A stretch of DNA of 64,000 nt, from NCBI RefSeq assembly GCF_009914755.1, contig NC_060927.1, one strand, 5' to 3'. The position numbers and the translations under genes are program-made. Numbering within the stretch: position 1 is the first letter of the stretch; each line of letters begins with the position of its first letter. This stretch comes from the human T2T-CHM13v2.0 reference genome, Homo sapiens. The notes beneath the pieces are model-generated. The model was given only the letters and a program-made list of their open reading frames with translations, was not told the DNA's origin and did not search any database. Positions 61,075 through 64,000 of the stretch are shown here, one piece after another.

Positions 61075-62487
61075 TTTGTAATGGATGTGGCATCCAAAGG
61101 CTTCATTTAAAGTATTTGCCTATAGACGTCACCTTCTTTATCAGCTTACTTCCTTAGTACAGAAGAATGACGCAAGGAATCCCAAATCATTCAGTTGAGA
61201 TTTACCAAGATGTTTTCTACTTTCCCTCAGTTAAATTTGATATTCAAGAAATAATCTTTACTCTGAAGAACTCTAATTTCATTTTGGAACACAGTATTGA
61301 AAATGAAGCAACAACATTTCAGGCTATTTGTTTAAAATGCTGTCACTATCTGTCAAAAAGCAATTTTAGAGAATTTCTTTTAAGGGAAAGTAAAGCATTC
61401 GTAAAAATGTTATCAAGTCACAATATTAGACTTTAAGGGGGAGATTTTTAAGCAGTTTTAGATTAATTCTCCCTGGATCTTCCTGACAACTGTTTACTCC
61501 ACCTAAAATGTGTCAAAACCAACTGATTACCAAATAATGTACATTTGGACTTACATTCTGCAGTTGAAGTTAAGTAAGTTTCATTTGTCATAGGATTGCT
61601 AAGAGGAATATTATTCTTACTCTTCATCAACACTGTTGAACATGGAAACAGTCTGTGAACTCAGCAGAAAAAATTACTTTCAGGTAAATTAAGTACAAAG
61701 TACCAGGTGTGAGTCCCATTCAACAAATTAAAGTGTTAAAGAAATAGAATTTTCTTTGATTTCTTAATAAAACTTAATTTCAGACTTTGAGCTACCCTTC
61801 AGGCTATCCTATTCCACTAGGTCAGATTTTACAAATGCTTTACTACTTTATGAGGTTTCCATTGCCCTTCTCCCTTGGGTGGTACCAGAGCTCCATGGCT
61901 GTTTTTGCCAGATAATCGTTTATTGGTGCAACCAGTTAGCACATCTTTCCTGAATTTATGGCCTTTTTAGGACTGCAGAGTCTCTGCTACTTCTAAGCTG
62001 TTCGTGAGACGTGAAATCTTTTGCTTAGCTGTAAAGTCCCATCTGACTAGACACAACTTACTGTCATTCCTCACAGTGGTGTCGCCTGGAAGCAGGAAAC
62101 AGTCTTCTCTGATCTTGGAACCCACAACCTCTTTTAGTCTCTCTCTTCCCAAGTATTCCCCAGCCGTTGCCAGCAGACCTAATGTCTGAAGAAAATCTTC
62201 CTACCTTCATGTTACTTTGTCACATTCTTACCATGTCAAAAAAATCCACCAAGTCCTCCTAAGGACTTGAGTTTTTGAGTAGCAAAACTCAGAAAGACTT
62301 AGAGAATATTTCTGCTTTCTGCTCTGCCATATGCCTTTCCTAAGACAATGAAAACATTGCTAGCCAGAATGTAGTGAAGAAGTGGGTATAGCTTATTATC
62401 GCTTAATATTATCCAGCAATAACAATAGTTGCTTAATAGTTGTAGCAAGAGTGACTTCTAACCCTGGATTCTTCACTATGTCATCTT

Positions 62488-62786
<299 letters not shown>

Positions 62787-62832
62787 AATATTTCATCTTC
62801 TTTAGCTATTGTAAAAAGAGATACAGTGAGGG

Positions 62833-63826
62833 TGTGGTAGGCAGAATTATGACCCCTCTACCTAAATATGTCCACATCCTAATCCTTGGAACCTGTGATT
62901 ATGGTATGTGCAGACCTGCCCCAAAGCCCAAGGAAGCTGACAGGCTGAAGAAAGTGGCTGACAAATCTAGTTTCTTAGAAAGAAACATTTAATAGGGACT
63001 TATGAATAGAAGCGATATTTGTGTCTCAGGCAGTGGTGAGATAAGATGGTGGATCCCCATACCATTATCCCCCAGACTTATATAACATAAGGAAAGAGTG
63101 AGTTAGAAGGAATATGTAGGACAATGGAAATTAACTAACATCAAGGTTGTTTGATCTAAGGGCCTCATTTACATTAAGTATCTGCCCTTACACAAGGTAC
63201 AGATACACTGGAAACCTTAGAGGCCTTCCTGGAAGTGGAGTTAATCAGAAGCCAACATGGATAATTAGCATCCCAGATGGAGTTGCTTTAGACTCCACAG
63301 TATACTACATGGCAAAGGGAAATACTAAGGTTGTTTGTCAACTGACCTTGAAATAGGCAGATTATCTTGGATTATCCAGGTAGGCCTAAGGTAAATAAAG
63401 GATCCTTTAAAAGTTAAGACAGAGGTAGTAGACAGAGGGAGAACCAGAAAGATGGCAGTGTGAGAAGGACTCAACTCAACTTTGGTAACTACGAACATAG
63501 AGACAGGAATGTGGGCAGCCTCTGGAAGTGGAAACAGCAAGGAAATGGACTCTCCCCTAGGGACTGGAGAAAGAAATACAGCTCTGCTGATTTTTCAGTC
63601 CAGCCTTGGATTTTCAGCTACAGAATATAATAAAAGGCCAAGCTTAAATTATATTTCGTCAATTAGTTGGCTTTGACATATTTAGCAAGAGTAAATAAGT
63701 CTGGTCTTGATTTTAGCCCAGTGTGAGCCATTTGGGTTTCTGAACTATAGAACAGTATGTATTTGGGTTATTTTAAGCCAATAAATTTGTGGTAATTTGT
63801 TACAGCAGTCATAGAAAATGAATACA
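62833..63826 (+). mobile_element. MLT1D LTR split by an LTR32-like element
   Basis: 'tgtggtaggcagaat..tgtccacatcctaatcc' ... 'aaatttgtggtaatttgttacagcag'. Confidence 0.85.
62906..63299 (-). mobile_element. LTR32-like ERVL solo LTR
   Basis: TG..CA; 'gttaatcagaagccaacatgg..ttagcatcccagatggagttgcttt..ctccaca'. Confidence 0.75.
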
Positions 63827-64000
63827 TGGGATATTGGGGAAACACTGCAAAATTTGTAGTGAGAACACCTGAGTTTCAGTCTCAGCATTTTCATGTATGA
63901 AATCTCCACTGCGGCTGCACCACTGCCTGAGAGAGTAGATTGTAAAAAAAAATGGACTGGCTCTGTCTTCTTCCAAGATTCCATTCTCCCACTGGTACCT

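Overview
Primate (very probably human) nuclear non-coding DNA, either intergenic or deep-intronic. I cannot identify the locus from sequence alone and I support no protein-coding gene: the ORF track is Alu-, L1-, LTR- or microsatellite-derived, or chance-level. The window holds about 40 Alus (J, S, Y, FLAM), L1PA/PB/MA/MB/ME fragments, MIR/L2 relics, many solo LTRs (MaLR, ERV1, ERVL), a probable LTR-internal-LTR MaLR provirus, and DNA transposon fossils (Tigger3b, Tigger4, MER1A/B, MER5, MER58, MADE1), often nested and with readable target-site duplications (TSDs). Subfamily names come from my recollection of consensus sequences, not from a RepeatMasker run, and boundaries are approximate unless a TSD is quoted. 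The most notable items beyond routine repeats are: (i) an old ~120-bp NUMT (ND1 3' end, tRNA-Ile, part of tRNA-Gln); (ii) a 49-bp fold-back inverted duplication in an AT-rich expansion next to a decapitated Alu; (iii) a perfect 119-bp tandem duplication; (iv) several locally templated insertions (two of ~250-300 bp, one of 34 bp, one 16-bp inverted, plus snap-back hairpins) that look like fossil template-switch repair scars; (v) a minus-strand recursive-splice-like motif and candidate enhancers and non-coding exons. I found no convincing new biological system; the templated-insertion cluster is the closest thing to an unexplained pattern.
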